DNA of 64,000 nt, taken from NCBI GenBank assembly GCA_038087875.1, contig CM075987.1, positions 26,910,001-26,974,000 of the forward strand. Reading direction: 5' to 3'. Position numbers and translations under genes: made by a program. The notes beneath the pieces were generated by a model, which ran no database searches, had not been told where the DNA came from, and saw only the letters and a list, made by a program, of their open reading frames with translations. This stretch comes from Malacoraja senta. Taxonomy: Eukaryota. This document shows positions 1 through 12,258 of the stretch, in pieces (the stretch's first letter is position 1; every line of letters begins with the position of its first letter).

Positions 1-370
1 GCCTCGTTCCACCCTTGGGCTGGCCGCCCTCACGAGAGCGCCACAACCTCTCACGGGAGCAGTGTTCCAGCCCTGAGCCGGACCACCCTCACGGGAGCGA
101 GCTCAGGGCGAGTCTTGACAGGCTCTGCCTCCAGAGCCTCGAGGTCATCAACTCCATTTAGGCCTCAACGCAGACGGAGGCAGAGAAGGGGAATACGACA
201 AAAAAGTCGCATTCCCCCGCAGGGAGAGACTGCAAACCCCGTTACAAACCCCCACCCCCCCAAAACACAAACTAAAAACCAAAAACTAGACTAACCAAAA
301 CAAAATAAACAACACAAAAAACACAAACAAACAGGACTGCTGATGAGCCGCTGCAGCCAGGGCCGCGCCG
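1..370 (-). mobile_element. GC-rich unclassified interspersed repeat fragment, possibly the 5' part of a non-autonomous retroelement; truncated by window edge
   Basis: GC/CpG-rich segment with an A/C-rich tract (250-332) and internal repeats of ccctcacg(g/a)gagc; no diagnostic protein motif. Confidence 0.3.
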
Positions 371-406
371 TCAGTCATCAGCCAAAGAGAATTTAGCGCA
401 CTTAAT

Positions 407-560
407 GTAGACACAAAAAGCTGGCGTAACTCAGTGGGCCAGGCAGCATCTTTGGAGAGAAGGAATGGGTGACGTTTCGGGTCGAGACCCTTCTTCAGAC
501 TAGTCTGGGGAAGGGGAAACAAGAGATATAGACGATGATGTGGAGAGATATAGAACAAGG
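407..560 (-). mobile_element. Penelope-like pLTR fragment (subfamily A) containing hammerhead-like motif
   Basis: Matches the recurrent ...gctggagtaactcagcggg..cagcatctctggagagaaggaatgggtgacgtttcgggtcgagacccttcttcagact repeat, which lies 3' of GIY-YIG coding sequence at 35006-35440; imperfect flanking direct repeat gaatttagc..cttaat. Confidence 0.75.
471..498 (-). ncRNA. minimal type I hammerhead ribozyme-like motif (Penelope pLTR)
   Basis: Minus strand reads CTGAAGA A GGGTC TC GACCC GAAACGTC: CUGANGA core, stem II, GAAA, palindromic ACGT stem III, GUC triplet. Confidence 0.6.
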
Positions 561-708
561 AATTTAGCACCCTTAATCCTACCTGCCACAAACTTTAATA
601 TCAATCCCTCCATCCTCTCTTGTTAAATATTGCTTTATTTAACTTTTATTTCAAAGAGTTACTGGAGTCACTGGAATATCTCAGTGGGCCAGGCAGCATC
701 TCTGGACA

Positions 709-925
709 TTAGTTTAGTTTAGTTTTGCGATACAGCGCGGAAACAGGCCCTTCGGCCCACCGAGTCCGCACCGGCCAGCGATCCCCGCACACTAACAATA
801 TCTGACACACACTCGGGACAATTCACATTTATATCAAAGTCAATTAACCTACAAACCTGTACGTCTTTGGAGTGTAGGAGGAAACCAGAGCACCCGGGGA
901 AAACCCACGCAGTCCCGGGGAGAAC
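709..925 (-). mobile_element. HE1-like V-SINE, 5'-truncated
   Basis: (CTAAA)n tail, CR1-derived 3' end and V-domain ...ggtttcctcctacactccaaagac on the minus strand. Confidence 0.8.
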
Positions 926-1089
926 ATCTTGCAGATGCTAGCATAGACTCAAAGCTTTCAAGGGTCTTTTATTGTCACCTGTACCAATTAAGGTCCAGTG
1001 ATATGCGAATTACCATACAGCCATACAAAAAAAAGCAACAAGACACACAACTACGTAAAAGTTCACATAAACATCCACCATAGAGAGAT

Positions 1090-1551
1090 ATGGCTTGGAA
1101 ACAGGCCCTTCAGTCCAACTTGCCCACACCGGCCGGCCAACATGTCCCAGCTACACTAGTCCCACCTGCCCACATTTGGTCCATATCCCTCCAAACCTGT
1201 CCTATCCATGTACCTGTTTAAATGTTTCTTAAACATTGGGATAGCCCCAGTCTCAACTACCTCCTCTGGCAGCTTATTCCATACACCCACCACCCTTTGT
1301 GTGAAAAAGTTACCCCTCAGATTCCTATTAAATCTTTTCCCCTTCACCTTAAACCTATGTCTGCTGGTCCTCGATTCACATACTCTGGGCGAGAGACTCT
1401 GTGCGTCCACCCGATCTATTCCTCTCATGATTTTGTACACCTCTATAAGATCACCTCTCATCCTCCTACGCTCCATGGAATAGAGACCCAGCCTGCTCAA
1501 CCTCTCCCTATAGCTCAGACCCTCTAGTCCTGGCAACATCCTCGTGAATCT
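1090..1551 (-). mobile_element. CR1 LINE 3' fragment (ORF2 C-terminus + 3'UTR)
   Basis: ORF 1156..1635 contains RFTRMLPGL..LSYRERLSRLGLYSMERRRMRGDLIEVYKI..RGNFFTQRVVGVWNKLP, the typical CR1 ORF2 tail. Confidence 0.9.
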
Positions 1552-2159
1552 TGTCGGTACAACTATCCAGCTCGGCAACATGGTGGTGTGAATTGGGATT
1601 GGGAATAGTCGGGACTGAACCCGGGTCTCTGGCACCGCGAGGCAGCAACTCTACCGCTGCGCCACCACGCCATCGGTTCCGAGCAGGTTAAACGTCCTGT
1701 TCCAAATACAATATTTTTTTAAATCACTTACAAACTATTGTAAGCAGCCGTGTTATGCAATTCTGACAGTACTTGCCCATCTAGAATCATTGTGGAATTT
1801 TTCTTTCAAGATCCAACCTCCACCATAGAATAAGGCAGCATAAAAGGATTCCATACGCCGCAATGAAAGATCTATTCAACCTGTCCCTCAAATATTTATC
1901 TCTTTCCCCTATTGAAAGCTGCTGTTAGACTCGATTCCATCGCCCGCTCACGCATTTAGTCTCATAACATCGCATCGCGTGGATGGAATACAATTATCTT
2001 CATTACTATTTGCCAGAACTTTCTTTTATATGAAATAATAGTATCTTCGAGCCAGCACCGCCATTCATTACGACCATGGCTGATCATCCAATATCAGTAC
2101 CCCGTTCCTGCTTTTTCCCCATATCCCTTGATTCCGTTAGCCCTTAGAGCTAAATCTTA

Positions 2160-2711
2160 AGGGCCTGTCCCACTTGGGCGACCTAATCCCCGAGTTCCGG
2201 CGAGTTTGCCCTCGACTCATACTCGCAGCATGGTCGACACGAGGATGTAGGAGGTCTTCATAACTCTCCTTCATGCTCGAGAGTGGTCTCCGCCTACTCG
2301 AGGCCTCAGTTAGGTCCGAGAGTATAAAAAGGTCGCCATGGAAAAAATCGATACTTTTTTTACTCATAGGTTTAGTCGTAGTAGGTCGTAGTAGGTCGTA
2401 GTAGGTCGGCATGTTATACGTAGGTAATCGAGAGTAGTCGAAGGTAGTCGAAGGTAGTTGTAGATGGTCTTCATCATAGTCGAAGGGAGGTCGAAGGGAG
2501 GTCGAAGGGAGGTCGAAGGAGGTCCTCTTCACTCTCCACTATTCAGTGTCCCATTTTCCCGAAGTTAGTCAAAGCTAGTCGTAGCTGGTCTTCAACATAG
2601 TCGAAGGAGGTGGAAGGAGGTCTTCTACATAGTCGAAGGAGGTCTTCAACATGTCATTTTTTTAAACTCTTCTAAACTCGCCAATTATGTTGCCATAGTG
2701 GGACAGCCCCT
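2160..2711. mobile_element. PIF/Harbinger-type MITE inserted in a CR1 3'UTR
   Basis: TIRs agggcctgtcccact / agtgggacagcccct, flanked by TTA/TAA; internal 9-11 bp tandem motifs (gtaggtcgt, gaggtcgaagg). Confidence 0.75.
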
Positions 2712-2999
2712 TAACTCTCTCTTGAATACATCCGAAGTAAGTTTCAATGAGGTCCCCTGCACATCCTTCCAAACTCCAGTGAGTTCAGGCACATTGCTGT
2801 TCGAGTTAATCCCTTCAAACTACATCAGCAGATTTTGTTAGTGTTGCAAGACATTGTTACTCCACATCAGAAATTCAAGGTACAGTACAGTGGTCTTGTA
2901 CAGTATGCAGCAACACTTAAAATTAATCAAAGACAGTGGGGAGGGGGCAGCCACGTTACTTTACATACTCGATCTAAGAAAATATTGATAACCATTCTC

Positions 3000-3275
3000 A
3001 GTTTGGTTTAGTTCAGAGATACAGCGCGGAAACTGGCCCTTCGGCCCATCGAGTCCGCGCCGCGCACACTAACACTATCCTACACACGCTCGGGACAATT
3101 TACACTTATACCTTAAGCCAATTAACGTACACGCTTGTACGTCTTTGGCGTGTGGGAGGACACCGAGGATCTCAGAGAAAACCCACGCAGGTCACAGGGA
3201 GAACGTGCAAACTACGTACAGAGAGCACCCGTGGTCAGGCGCTGGGAGGCAGCAACTCTACCGCTGCGCCACCAT
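3000..3275 (-). mobile_element. HE1-like V-SINE
   Basis: tRNA-derived head, V-domain and CR1-type tail on the minus strand, with internal deletions. Confidence 0.8.
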
Positions 3276-3832
3276 GCTGACATATGGTGGAGAAACATCC
3301 ACCCCCGAGCCAAATGAAAAGTTCAGGCAAAAAAATTAAAATTGCAAATCATGATAATGAACCTGGGAAAAATGCCTGGGGCAGAGCTGAAGAGTTCTGC
3401 CCAATACATCTACAGATACTGAATGCCAAAAATAGTACTTATGTAATGCAAAAGAACAAATATACACTCAAGTGTGAAGGAAATCAAATCCTGATTCCAC
3501 TTCAACAAGATATTTCCCCGCCGCTCATGAGCATATTGAAGAATATTTTCAGAATACAATTAGCTGGAAAGTGAAAAATAAAATGAGATCTGAGTGAATG
3601 ATCCATCTGTAACGCAAGCTGCTTATTGAAGCAACGGAACAAATTAATCATCTTTAGAGGATGGGCAGCAAATATAACTCAAAACAGCTGTAACATTGAT
3701 TGAAAACCTTTGTTGGGTTTAGAGATACAAGCAGCGAAAGAGGCCCTTCAGCCCACCGAGTCCATGCTGACCATCGATCGCACATTCATACTAGTTCTAC
3801 GTTGTCCCACTTTCACATCTAAACATTACGAT

Positions 3833-4147
3833 GGCGGCATGGTGGCGCAGCGGTAGAGTTGCTGCCTCACGGCGCCAGAGACCCGGGTTCATTCCTGACC
3901 ACGGGTGCTGTCTGTATGGAGTTTGTATGTTCTCCCCGTGACCTGCGTGGGTTTTCTCCAGGTGCTCCAGTTTCCTCCCACACTGCAAAGACATACAGGT
4001 TTATAGGCTAATTGACTTTGGTATAAATGTAAATTGTCCATAGTGTGTGTAGAATAGTGTCAGTGTGCGGGGATCGCTGGTCGGCGCGGTCTCGGTGGGC
4101 CCAAAGGCATGTTTCTGCGCTGCATCTCTAACCTAAACTAAACTAAA
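3833..4147 (+). mobile_element. HE1-like V-SINE, full length
   Basis: A-box tggcgcagcggt, B-box-like ggttcattcct, V-domain, CR1-like 3' end gggcc..aagg..tgtttc, (CTAAA)n tail. Confidence 0.9.
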
Positions 4148-5029
4148 AAAGAAACTGAAAGTCAGAAGAACATCGCATTGCAATCAAATTCCTGCTTCTT
4201 CCGTCTTATTTGCAGGGTGCCATTCACTTTTAATTCCATTTCATTAACACCAGCCTTGGAGAAATTTGGTTAATTTTGCCGTTAATGTTTCCGTTTGCTC
4301 CTTTTCTCAGTTTGGTTTCATTTACATGACGATACGGAAGGGGCAATTCTCAATGACCTTGAAGCAACCATTAAGGATTCAGCCAATCTGAACTGCACAA
4401 ACGTATTGCAACTCATGCATATCATTCCTGGGCCTTGAAGCCGGCCCGGGAAATTAGTTCCATCCCTGAATAACATTACCACCGCTGCTAATGGCCGGTT
4501 CAATTCCATCGCCGTGATTGCTTATGTGAGCAGTGTGAGAAAATAGACCCATGAAGCACTCAATAGTCCATCCAGATATTGAAGGAATTGATTAGATGGA
4601 TGGGAAAGGATGGAGGAACGGCTCATTGGGAGTTTAATAATGTGTTATCATCTCTATTCGGCCTGAAGCCCGAGCAAATGATGGGACAATTTACCACGTT
4701 GGTAATTATCGCGAGGGAGGCCTACTTGTCAATGCACAGTACGACTGCACAAACTAATTTATTTTAATGGACTTTCATTAATCGCCAGTCTCTAAACTTC
4801 CATCCTTTATCCAAGAAGATGCTTCACAGATATAATCAATGTCACTTTGCGCAGCCAGAGAGAGGCATCCATTTTAATCAACAAGTTGTACGTAGACGCA
4901 AGATGCTGGGGTAACTCAGCGGCGTCTCTGGAGAGAAGGAATGGGTCGAAACCCTTCCTCAGACTTTAATGGTCACTACTGCTGCATTATTTTATTGCAG
5001 CCATTATGATTATAGTTAGTTGTTCATAT

Positions 5030-5232
5030 ACAATCTTCAACCAAATTTCCCCCGGCCGCTCCCTCTTCTCCCCTCTCCCATCGGGCAAAAGGTACAGAAG
5101 TGTGTATACGCACACTTCCAGATTCAGGGATAGTTTCTTCCCAGTTGTTATCAGGCGACTGAATCATCCCACCACAACCAGAGAGCAGTGCTGAACTACT
5201 ATCTACCTCATTGTTGACACTCGGACTGTCCA
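5030..5232 (+). mobile_element. Rex1/Babar LINE 3' fragment
   Basis: Encodes SLFSPLPSGKRYRSV..TSRFRDSFFPVVIRRLN; near-copy at 61860-62243. Confidence 0.8.
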
Positions 5233-5237
5233 TGTCT

Positions 5238-5403
5238 AAGAAGGAACTGCAGATGCTGGAAAATCGAAGGTAGACAGAAATGCTGGAGAAACTCAGCGGG
5301 TGAGGCAGCATCTATGGAGCGAAGGAAATAGGCAACGTTGCCTATTTCCTTCGCTCCATAGATGCTGCCTCACCCGCTGAGTTTCTCCAGCATTTTTTAC
5401 TAC
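5238..5403. mobile_element. Penelope pLTR subfamily B, fold-back (inverted) insertion
   Basis: gctggagaaactcagcgggtgaggcagcatctatggagcgaaggaaataggcaac followed directly by its reverse complement. Confidence 0.75.
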
Positions 5404-5417
5404 CTCGGACTATCTCC

Positions 5418-5630
5418 TATGTGGAATTCTCTGCCTCAGAGGGCAGTGGAGGCAGGTTCTCTGGATGCTTTCAAGAGAGAGCTAGATAGGGCTTTTAAAA
5501 ATAGCAGAGTCAGGGGATATGGGGAGAAGGCAGGAACGGGGTACTGATTGGGGATGATCAGCCATGATCACATTGAATGGCAATGCTGGCTCGAAGGGCC
5601 GAATGGCCTACTCCTGCACCTATTGTCTAT
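5418..5630 (+). mobile_element. CR1 3' fragment
   Basis: WNSLPQRAVEAGSLDAFKRELD..GYGEKAGTGY* plus 3'UTR ending ctcctgcacctattgtct. Confidence 0.85.
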
Positions 5631-5789
5631 ATCCATGATCAGACTTTGCTGGCTTTACCTTGCCTTCTATCTGTACATTATAAATGGCTTGATTGTAATC
5701 ATCAAACTTCTGAATCAAGTTGTGGTGTTTCTTGCTTAATATTTTTCCTCCAGGTTGACATTGTGATACCAGGAAATGTCGGCTAGAAA

Positions 5790-6615
5790 GTTCATGTGAT
5801 AGGAGCAGATTGAGGCCATTCGGCCCATCAAGTCTACCCAGCCATTCAATCACGGCTGATCTATCTTTCCCTTTCAACCCCATTTTCCTGCCTTCTCCCC
5901 GTAACCCCTGACCCCCGTACTAATCAAGAATCTGTCAATCTCCGCCTTAAATATATCCACTGACTTGGCCTCCACAGCCTTCTGTGGCAATGAATTCCAC
6001 AGATTCACCGCCCTCTGTCTAAAGAAATTCCTCCTCATCTCCTTCCTAAAGGAACGTCTGTTAATTCTGAGGCTGTGACCTCTAGTCCTAGACTCTCCCA
6101 CTAGTGGAAACATCCTCTCCACATCCACTCCATCCAAGCCTTTCACTATGTAGTGCGTTTCAATGAGGTCCCCCCGTCATTCTCATGGGGAAGCAGACTT
6201 TGCTGTCCGGGTTGCCGGACACAGAGGAGGAAGGCAACCTTCATCCCCAGGGCTGTCCAGCTTCTTAATGCTGATCACTGACTCATGAACATATGAAATG
6301 AAATAACCTTCTATATGCACTTTTTAATGGAAGCACTAAGGAAGCACTTTAAAAACTATTACTATGTGTTGAAAACTATTCCTATGTGTTGAATGTTGAT
6401 GTGCTGTGTGTGTTGTGTGATTGTGCAGTGTGTCTGTGAAATGCGTGTGTTGTGTGATTGTGCAGTATGCATGCTGCTTATGTTTGTTGATTGTGTCCCT
6501 TATTTTAAAAAGCTACTGTAATGCGCCCTTTTAAATAGCCCCTCGGGGACGAATAAAGTGCTTTGAATTGAATTGAATTCTTCTAAACTCCAGCGAGTAC
6601 AGGCCCAGTGCCGTG
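5790..6615 (-). mobile_element. CR1 3' fragment interrupted by a plus-strand Rex1/Babar 3' fragment (~6184-6576)
   Basis: ORF 5874..6146 is a CR1 C-terminus; the insert ends aataaagt..(ttgaa)n and CR1 sequence resumes at attcttctaaactccag. Confidence 0.75.
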
Positions 6616-7337
6616 CTAACCCACTCAATCCTGGGTAACACCACATTTGCCGGGATTAGACATCTGCAGACATATCTTCGCCAAACTGTTGGATAAAATA
6701 AAGAATATCCTGAAGTTACGAAGTTCCTTTCGCCATGGCAACTGGACTTCTTTGTGAAATGAATCGCGAATAAAGACAGGATCTGGCACGGAGATTGCTT
6801 TCGGAATATACAAAGAAATACACCCCTTTTCTCCAGGAGGTGAGGGAAGTTGAGACGAGGCTCGAACAGGACTGCAGTATTCAATGGAGCCATGTTCAAA
6901 ACTCTGCACAGGTCCTTTAGGAATGAATGCAGAACAATCTTTGAGTTTTTGCAATACCTCCAGGAGTGCCCTTGAACTACAAAGAATGTGGAGTACTGAT
7001 AGAGAAGGTTTGATGTTCTGAATGGTTGCACGTCAGATGTTTTCACAACAAAGACTTTGAGGGAAAGGAATATTACACCAAGAATATTAAAAGATATGGG
7101 CATTAAATATGCAATTCAATATGAGAATTTAAATATCTTCCCCACAACCTTGCCTTCAACACCTTGAATAGAAGTTCTCTCTTATGAAACAATCAACTTC
7201 CATTCATCTGAATATTTTACATTTGATAAAATATGCAGGCAAAGATCATGGACTTCCAAAGCTTCTGGAAAAATGTTTCTTCGTGAAATTTACCCGATTT
7301 ACTTTTGGTGGATCTGCGATTATAACAGACTTCACAA

Positions 7338-7620
7338 GTTTAGTTTAGTTTGGAGATACAGCGCGGAAACAGGCCCTTCAGTCCGCGCCGACCAGCCATC
7401 GCCACACGATAACACTATCCGACACACACTGGGGACAATTTACCATTCTACCAAGCCAATTAACTGACAAACCCGTACGTCTTTTGGAGTGTGGGAGGAA
7501 AACCCACGTGGTCGTGGGGTGAAGGTACAAACCCCATGCAGGCAGCACCCGCGGTCTGGATGGAACCCGGGTCTCTAGCGCTGTGAGGCAGCAACTCTAC
7601 CGCTACATCACCGTGCCACC
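7338..7620 (-). mobile_element. HE1-like V-SINE
   Basis: Head, V-domain remnant and tail. Confidence 0.8.
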
Positions 7621-8689
7621 CCAAAGGTTGCAACGCAGTTAACCCATGGCTAAATAATTCTCCAAACAATGTTAATAAGGATATAAAAATCAGAAGGGAT
7701 GGGATTAGGAGTAAGCCATCCGGCCTCTTGAGATTGCTCCACGAAGCAACAACACTGTGGCTGTTGTTATATGATCAGGAGTTTTCCTGCCACGTCTCAG
7801 TGTGTGGAGTCACACAGGGTGGAAACAGGCCCTTCGGCCCAACTTGCCCATGCCGACCAACATGCCCCATCCACACCAAATGTTGGCAGGTGGGACGAGT
7901 GCAGATGGAACATGTGGTCAATGGGCAAGTTGGGCAGAAGGGCCCATTTCCATGCTGTAAAACTATGTCTGTAAGAGTCTATATTTGTTCCTCTCCTTTG
8001 TGGAAGGAACCTATTTGGAATCTATGAAAGTTTGGAAGTTGATAACCAAAGCATTTATTAATGCTGCAATAACCACTTCTAAGACACTAGCTTGTGGATC
8101 ATCAGGTCCTAGGGATTCATTAGTTCCCAGGCTCATTAATTTCACCAGCTATATCTTTTTATTAATACTTACCTCTTTTATATCCTAATTTGCACCGGAT
8201 TCTTAGTTTTATATTCTTTCTGCGAGGGTCTTTGTGCCTTCTTCCATGAAGAAAGATGCGAAATATGTGTTCAATTCCCACAGTGTTTGCTCAGCCCCGC
8301 TTGTACATGTTGCCATCTCCGTCTGTAACACAAACCGGCTTCCCGACGGCCAAGTGCAGGAAGGAACTGCAGATGCTGGTTTAAACCGAAGATAGACACA
8401 AAAAGCTGGAGTAACTCAACGGGTCAGGCAGCATCTCTGGAGAACAGGAATAGGTGACGTTTCGGGTCGAGAACCATCTTCACGCTGAAAGTCACGGGAA
8501 AATGAAACAAAATCTCTGGTTTCCTCCCGCACTCCAAAGACGTACAGGTTTGTAGGTTAATTGGCTTGGTATAATTGTAAATTGTCCCTAGTGTGTGTAG
8601 GATAGTGTTAGCGTGTGGGGATCGCTGGTCGGCACGGACTCCGTGGGCCGCGCTGCATCTCCAAAACGAAAAAATAACCAGACTACTTA

Positions 8690-9092
8690 CGATACGATAC
8701 GATTTGATACGATGCGGTAGAACTTTATTTGTCCCAGGAGGGAAATTGATCTGCCAACAGTCATACAACACAAGATACATGAAACTGAAGTGACGAGTTG
8801 AAAGGGTTGGGGATGAGCAAAGATTGGGGAGGGGAGTCAGTCTCAGTCTACCCCACGACAGAAGGGGAGGAATTGTACAGTTTGATAGCCACAGGGAAGA
8901 AGGATCTCCTGTGGCGTTCTGTGCTGCATCTTGGTGGAACCAGTCTGTTGCTGAAGGTACTCCTCAGGTTGACCAGTGTGTCATGGAGGGGGTGAGCTGT
9001 TGAATCACAGCTGTTGTACTGGTGAATTGCACTGAATACACAAACAGCAATTGAAGAAAATTCCCAGAGCTGGAACACTGAGCATAAATAAA
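8690..9092 (-). mobile_element. Rex1/Babar-derived short element (ORF 3' end + tail) joined to a ~90-bp non-coding 5' module
   Basis: HPLHDTLVNLRSTFSNRLVPPRCSTERHRRSFFPVAIKLYN, aataaag plus (tatcg)n tail; the 5' module recurs inverted at 14637-14745. Confidence 0.65.
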
Positions 9093-9366
9093 TTAACCAC
9101 TTCAACCTTCAACTGTTCGCAGCCTGAGAAATCCTCTCACCGTGTTCAACAACAGCACACCAAGGCAGAACTAGAACTGGTGTTTTATCAAAACTACTTC
9201 ATTCGAACCATACGCACCTTGCCAGTGCTTGAAGCAGCATAGATAATAGCTTTTTAATACTATTCCGTTTAAGAAACATATTTTCTTAAATATTTATTGT
9301 TCAACCTCCTGTGTGTTATTGAAAGTTGGCAGCATACCCTGTACTGGTCTGAAGAAGGGCCTCAAC

Positions 9367-12022
9367 ATAATTGTATAAGGGGTAAGAGTGTTGTAAAAAC
9401 AAGCCTGAAGGCTTTGTGTCTCAATGCAAGGAGCATTCGTAATAAGGTGGATGAGTTGAACGTGCAGATAGCTATTAATGATTATGATATAGTTGGGATC
9501 ACGGAGACATGGCTCCAGGGTGACCAAGGCTGGGAGCTGAACATCCAGGGATATTCAATATTCAGGAGGGATAGAGAGAAAGGAAAAGGAGGTGGGGTAG
9601 CGTTGCTGGTTAGAGAGGAGATTAACGCAGTGGAAAGGAAGGACATTAGCTTGGAGGATGTGGAATCGGTATGGGTAGAGCTGCGAAACACTAAGGGGCA
9701 GAAAACGCTGGTGGGTGTTGTGTACAGGCCACCTAACAGTAGTAGTGAAGTTGGGGATGGCATCAAACAGGAAATTAGAAATGCGTGCAACAAAGGCAAA
9801 ACAGTTATAATGGGTGACTTCAATCTACATATAGATTGGGTGAATCAAATTGGCAGGGGTGCTGAGGAAGAGGATTTCTTGGAATGTATGCGGGATAGTT
9901 ATCTAAACCAATATGTAGAGGAACCAACGAGAGAGCAGGCTATTCTAGACTGGGTATTGAGTAATGAGGAAGGGTTAGTTAGCAGTCTTGTTGTGCGTGC
10001 CCCCTTGGGCAAGAGTGACCATAATATGGTTGAGTTCTTCATTAGGATGGAGAGTGACATTGTTAATTCAGAAACAACGGTTCTGAACTTAAAGAAAGGT
10101 AACTTTGAGGGTATGAGACGTGAATTGGCGAAGATTGACTGGCAATTAGTTCTAAAAGGGTTGACGGTGGATATGCAATGGAAGGCATTTAAAGACTGCA
10201 TGGATGAACTACAAAAATTGTTCATCCCAGTTTGGCAAAAGAATAAATCAGGGAAGGTAGTGCATCCGTGGATAACAAGGGAAATCAGGGATAGTATAAA
10301 AGCAAAAGATGATGCGTACAAATTAGCCAGAAAAAGCAGCATACCAGAGGACTGGGAGAAATTCAGAGACCAGCAGAGGAGGACAAAGGGCTTAATTAGG
10401 AAAGGGAAAATAGATTATGAAAGGAAACTGGCAGGGAACATAAAAACTGACTGCAAAAGTTTTTATAGATATGTGAAGAGAAAGAGATTAGTTAAAACAA
10501 ATGTAGGTCCCTTGCAGTCAGAAACAGGTGAATTGATTATGGGGAACAAGGATATGGCGGACCAATTGAATAACTACTTTGGTTCCGTCTTCACTAAGGA
10601 AGACATAAATAATCTGCCGGAAATAGCAGGGGGCCGCGGGTCAAAGGAGATGGAGGAACTGAGTGAAATCCAGGTTAGTCGGGAAGTGGTGTTGGGTAAA
10701 TTGAATGGATTAAAGGCCGATAAATCACCAGGGCCAGATAGGCTGCATCCCAGAGTACTTAAGGAAGTAGCTCCAGAAATAGTGGATGCATTAGTGATAA
10801 TTTTTCAAAACTCTTTAGATTCTGGAGTAGTTCCTGAGGATTGGAGGGTAGCAAACGTAACCCCACTTTTTAAGAAGGGAGGGAGAGAGAAAACAGGGAA
10901 TTACAGACCAGTTAGTCTAACATCGGTAGTGGGGAAACTGCTAGTCAGTTATTAAAGATGGGATAGCAGCACATTTGGAAAGTGATGAAATCATTGGACA
11001 AAGTCAGCATGGATTTACGAAAGGTAAATCATGTCTGACGAATCTTATAGAATTTTTCGAGGATGTAACTAGTAGAGTGGATAGGGGAGAACCAGTGGAT
11101 GTGTTGTATCTGGACTTTCAGAAGGCTTTCGACAAGGTACCACATAAGAGATTAGGATACAAACTTAAATCAACCGGTATTGGGGGTTCAGTATTGATGT
11201 GGATAGAGAACTGGCTGGCAAACAGGAAGCAAAGAGTAGGAGTAAACGGGTCCTTTTCACAATGGCAGGCAGTGACTAGTGGGGTACCGCAAGGCTCAGT
11301 GCTGGGACCCCAGCTATTTACAATTTATATTAATGAACTGGATGAGGGAATTGAAAGCAACATCTCCAAGTTTGCGGATGACACTAAGCTGGGGGGCAGT
11401 GTTAGCTGTGAGGAGGATGCTAGGAGACTGCAAGGTGACTTGGATAGGCTGGGTGAGTGGGCAAATGTTTGGCAGATGCAGTATAATGTGGATAAATGTG
11501 AGGTTATCCACTTTGGTGGCAAAAACGGGAAGGCAGACTATTATCTAAATGGTGGCCGATTAGGAAATGGGAAGATGCAGCGAGACCTGGGTGTCATGGT
11601 ACACCAGTCATTGAAAGTAGGCATGCAGGTGCAGCAGGCAGTGAAGAAAGCGAATGGTATGTTGGCCTTCATAGCAAGAGGATTTGAGTATAGGAGCAGG
11701 GAGGTTCTACTGCAGTTGTACAGGGTCTTGGTGAGACCACACCTGGAGTATTGCGTACAGTTTTGGTCTCCAAATCTGAGGAAGGATATTATAGCCATAG
11801 AGGGAGTGCAGAGAAGGTTCACCAGACTGATTCGCCAGTTCATTGGCTATATTTAAGAGGGAGTTAGATGTGGCCCTTGTGGCTAAGGGGATCAGGGGGT
11901 ATGGAGAGAAGGCAGGTACGGGATACTGAGTTGGATGATCAGCCATGATCAAATTGAATGGCGGTGCAGGCTCGAAGGGCCGAATGGCCTACTCCTGCAC
12001 CTAATTTCTATATGTATCTATG
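9367..12022 (+). mobile_element. CR1 LINE, 5'-truncated (no ORF1), near-complete ORF2 and 3'UTR
   Basis: APE endonuclease + RT motifs; CR1 3'UTR hairpin ggctcgaagggccgaatggcc and (ctatgt..) tail; inserted inside a Penelope pLTR. Confidence 0.95.
9403..11833 (+). pseudogene. CR1 ORF2 (APE endonuclease-reverse transcriptase), frameshifted near 10945-10975 and internally deleted after 11833
   Basis: EN motifs CLNARS, ITETW, VYRPP, MGDFN, SDHN in ORF 9297..10955; RT motifs NYRPVSLTS, LDFQKAFDKV, GVPQGSVLGP, KFADD (the last three in ORF 10975..11856). Confidence 0.93.
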
Positions 12023-12258
12023 AAACGTCACCCGTTCCTTCTCTCCAGAGATGCTGCCTGTCCCGCTGAGTTACTCCAGCATTTCGTGTCCACCTTGTTC
12101 TGGTGTTCTATTGCCTGTTGCAATGTTTGGATGATGGGAACACCTCTCCAATAAGCAACTTATAACGTTTTGAGTTCATCAAGGCACAGAAGGCTGGTCC
12201 ATCACGAAAGGAAGATGGATGGATGAATGAATAGGTTTGTTGGCCAAGTATGTACACA

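Noticed and set aside
6531..7103. 190-aa minus-strand ORF as a host exon
   Set aside because: No recognisable domain; overlaps repeat fragments and probably old decayed LINE sequence
9297..11856. Long ORFs (552 aa and 293 aa) as a functional host gene
   Set aside because: They are one frameshifted, internally deleted CR1 ORF2; the ORF start lies in flanking/Penelope DNA
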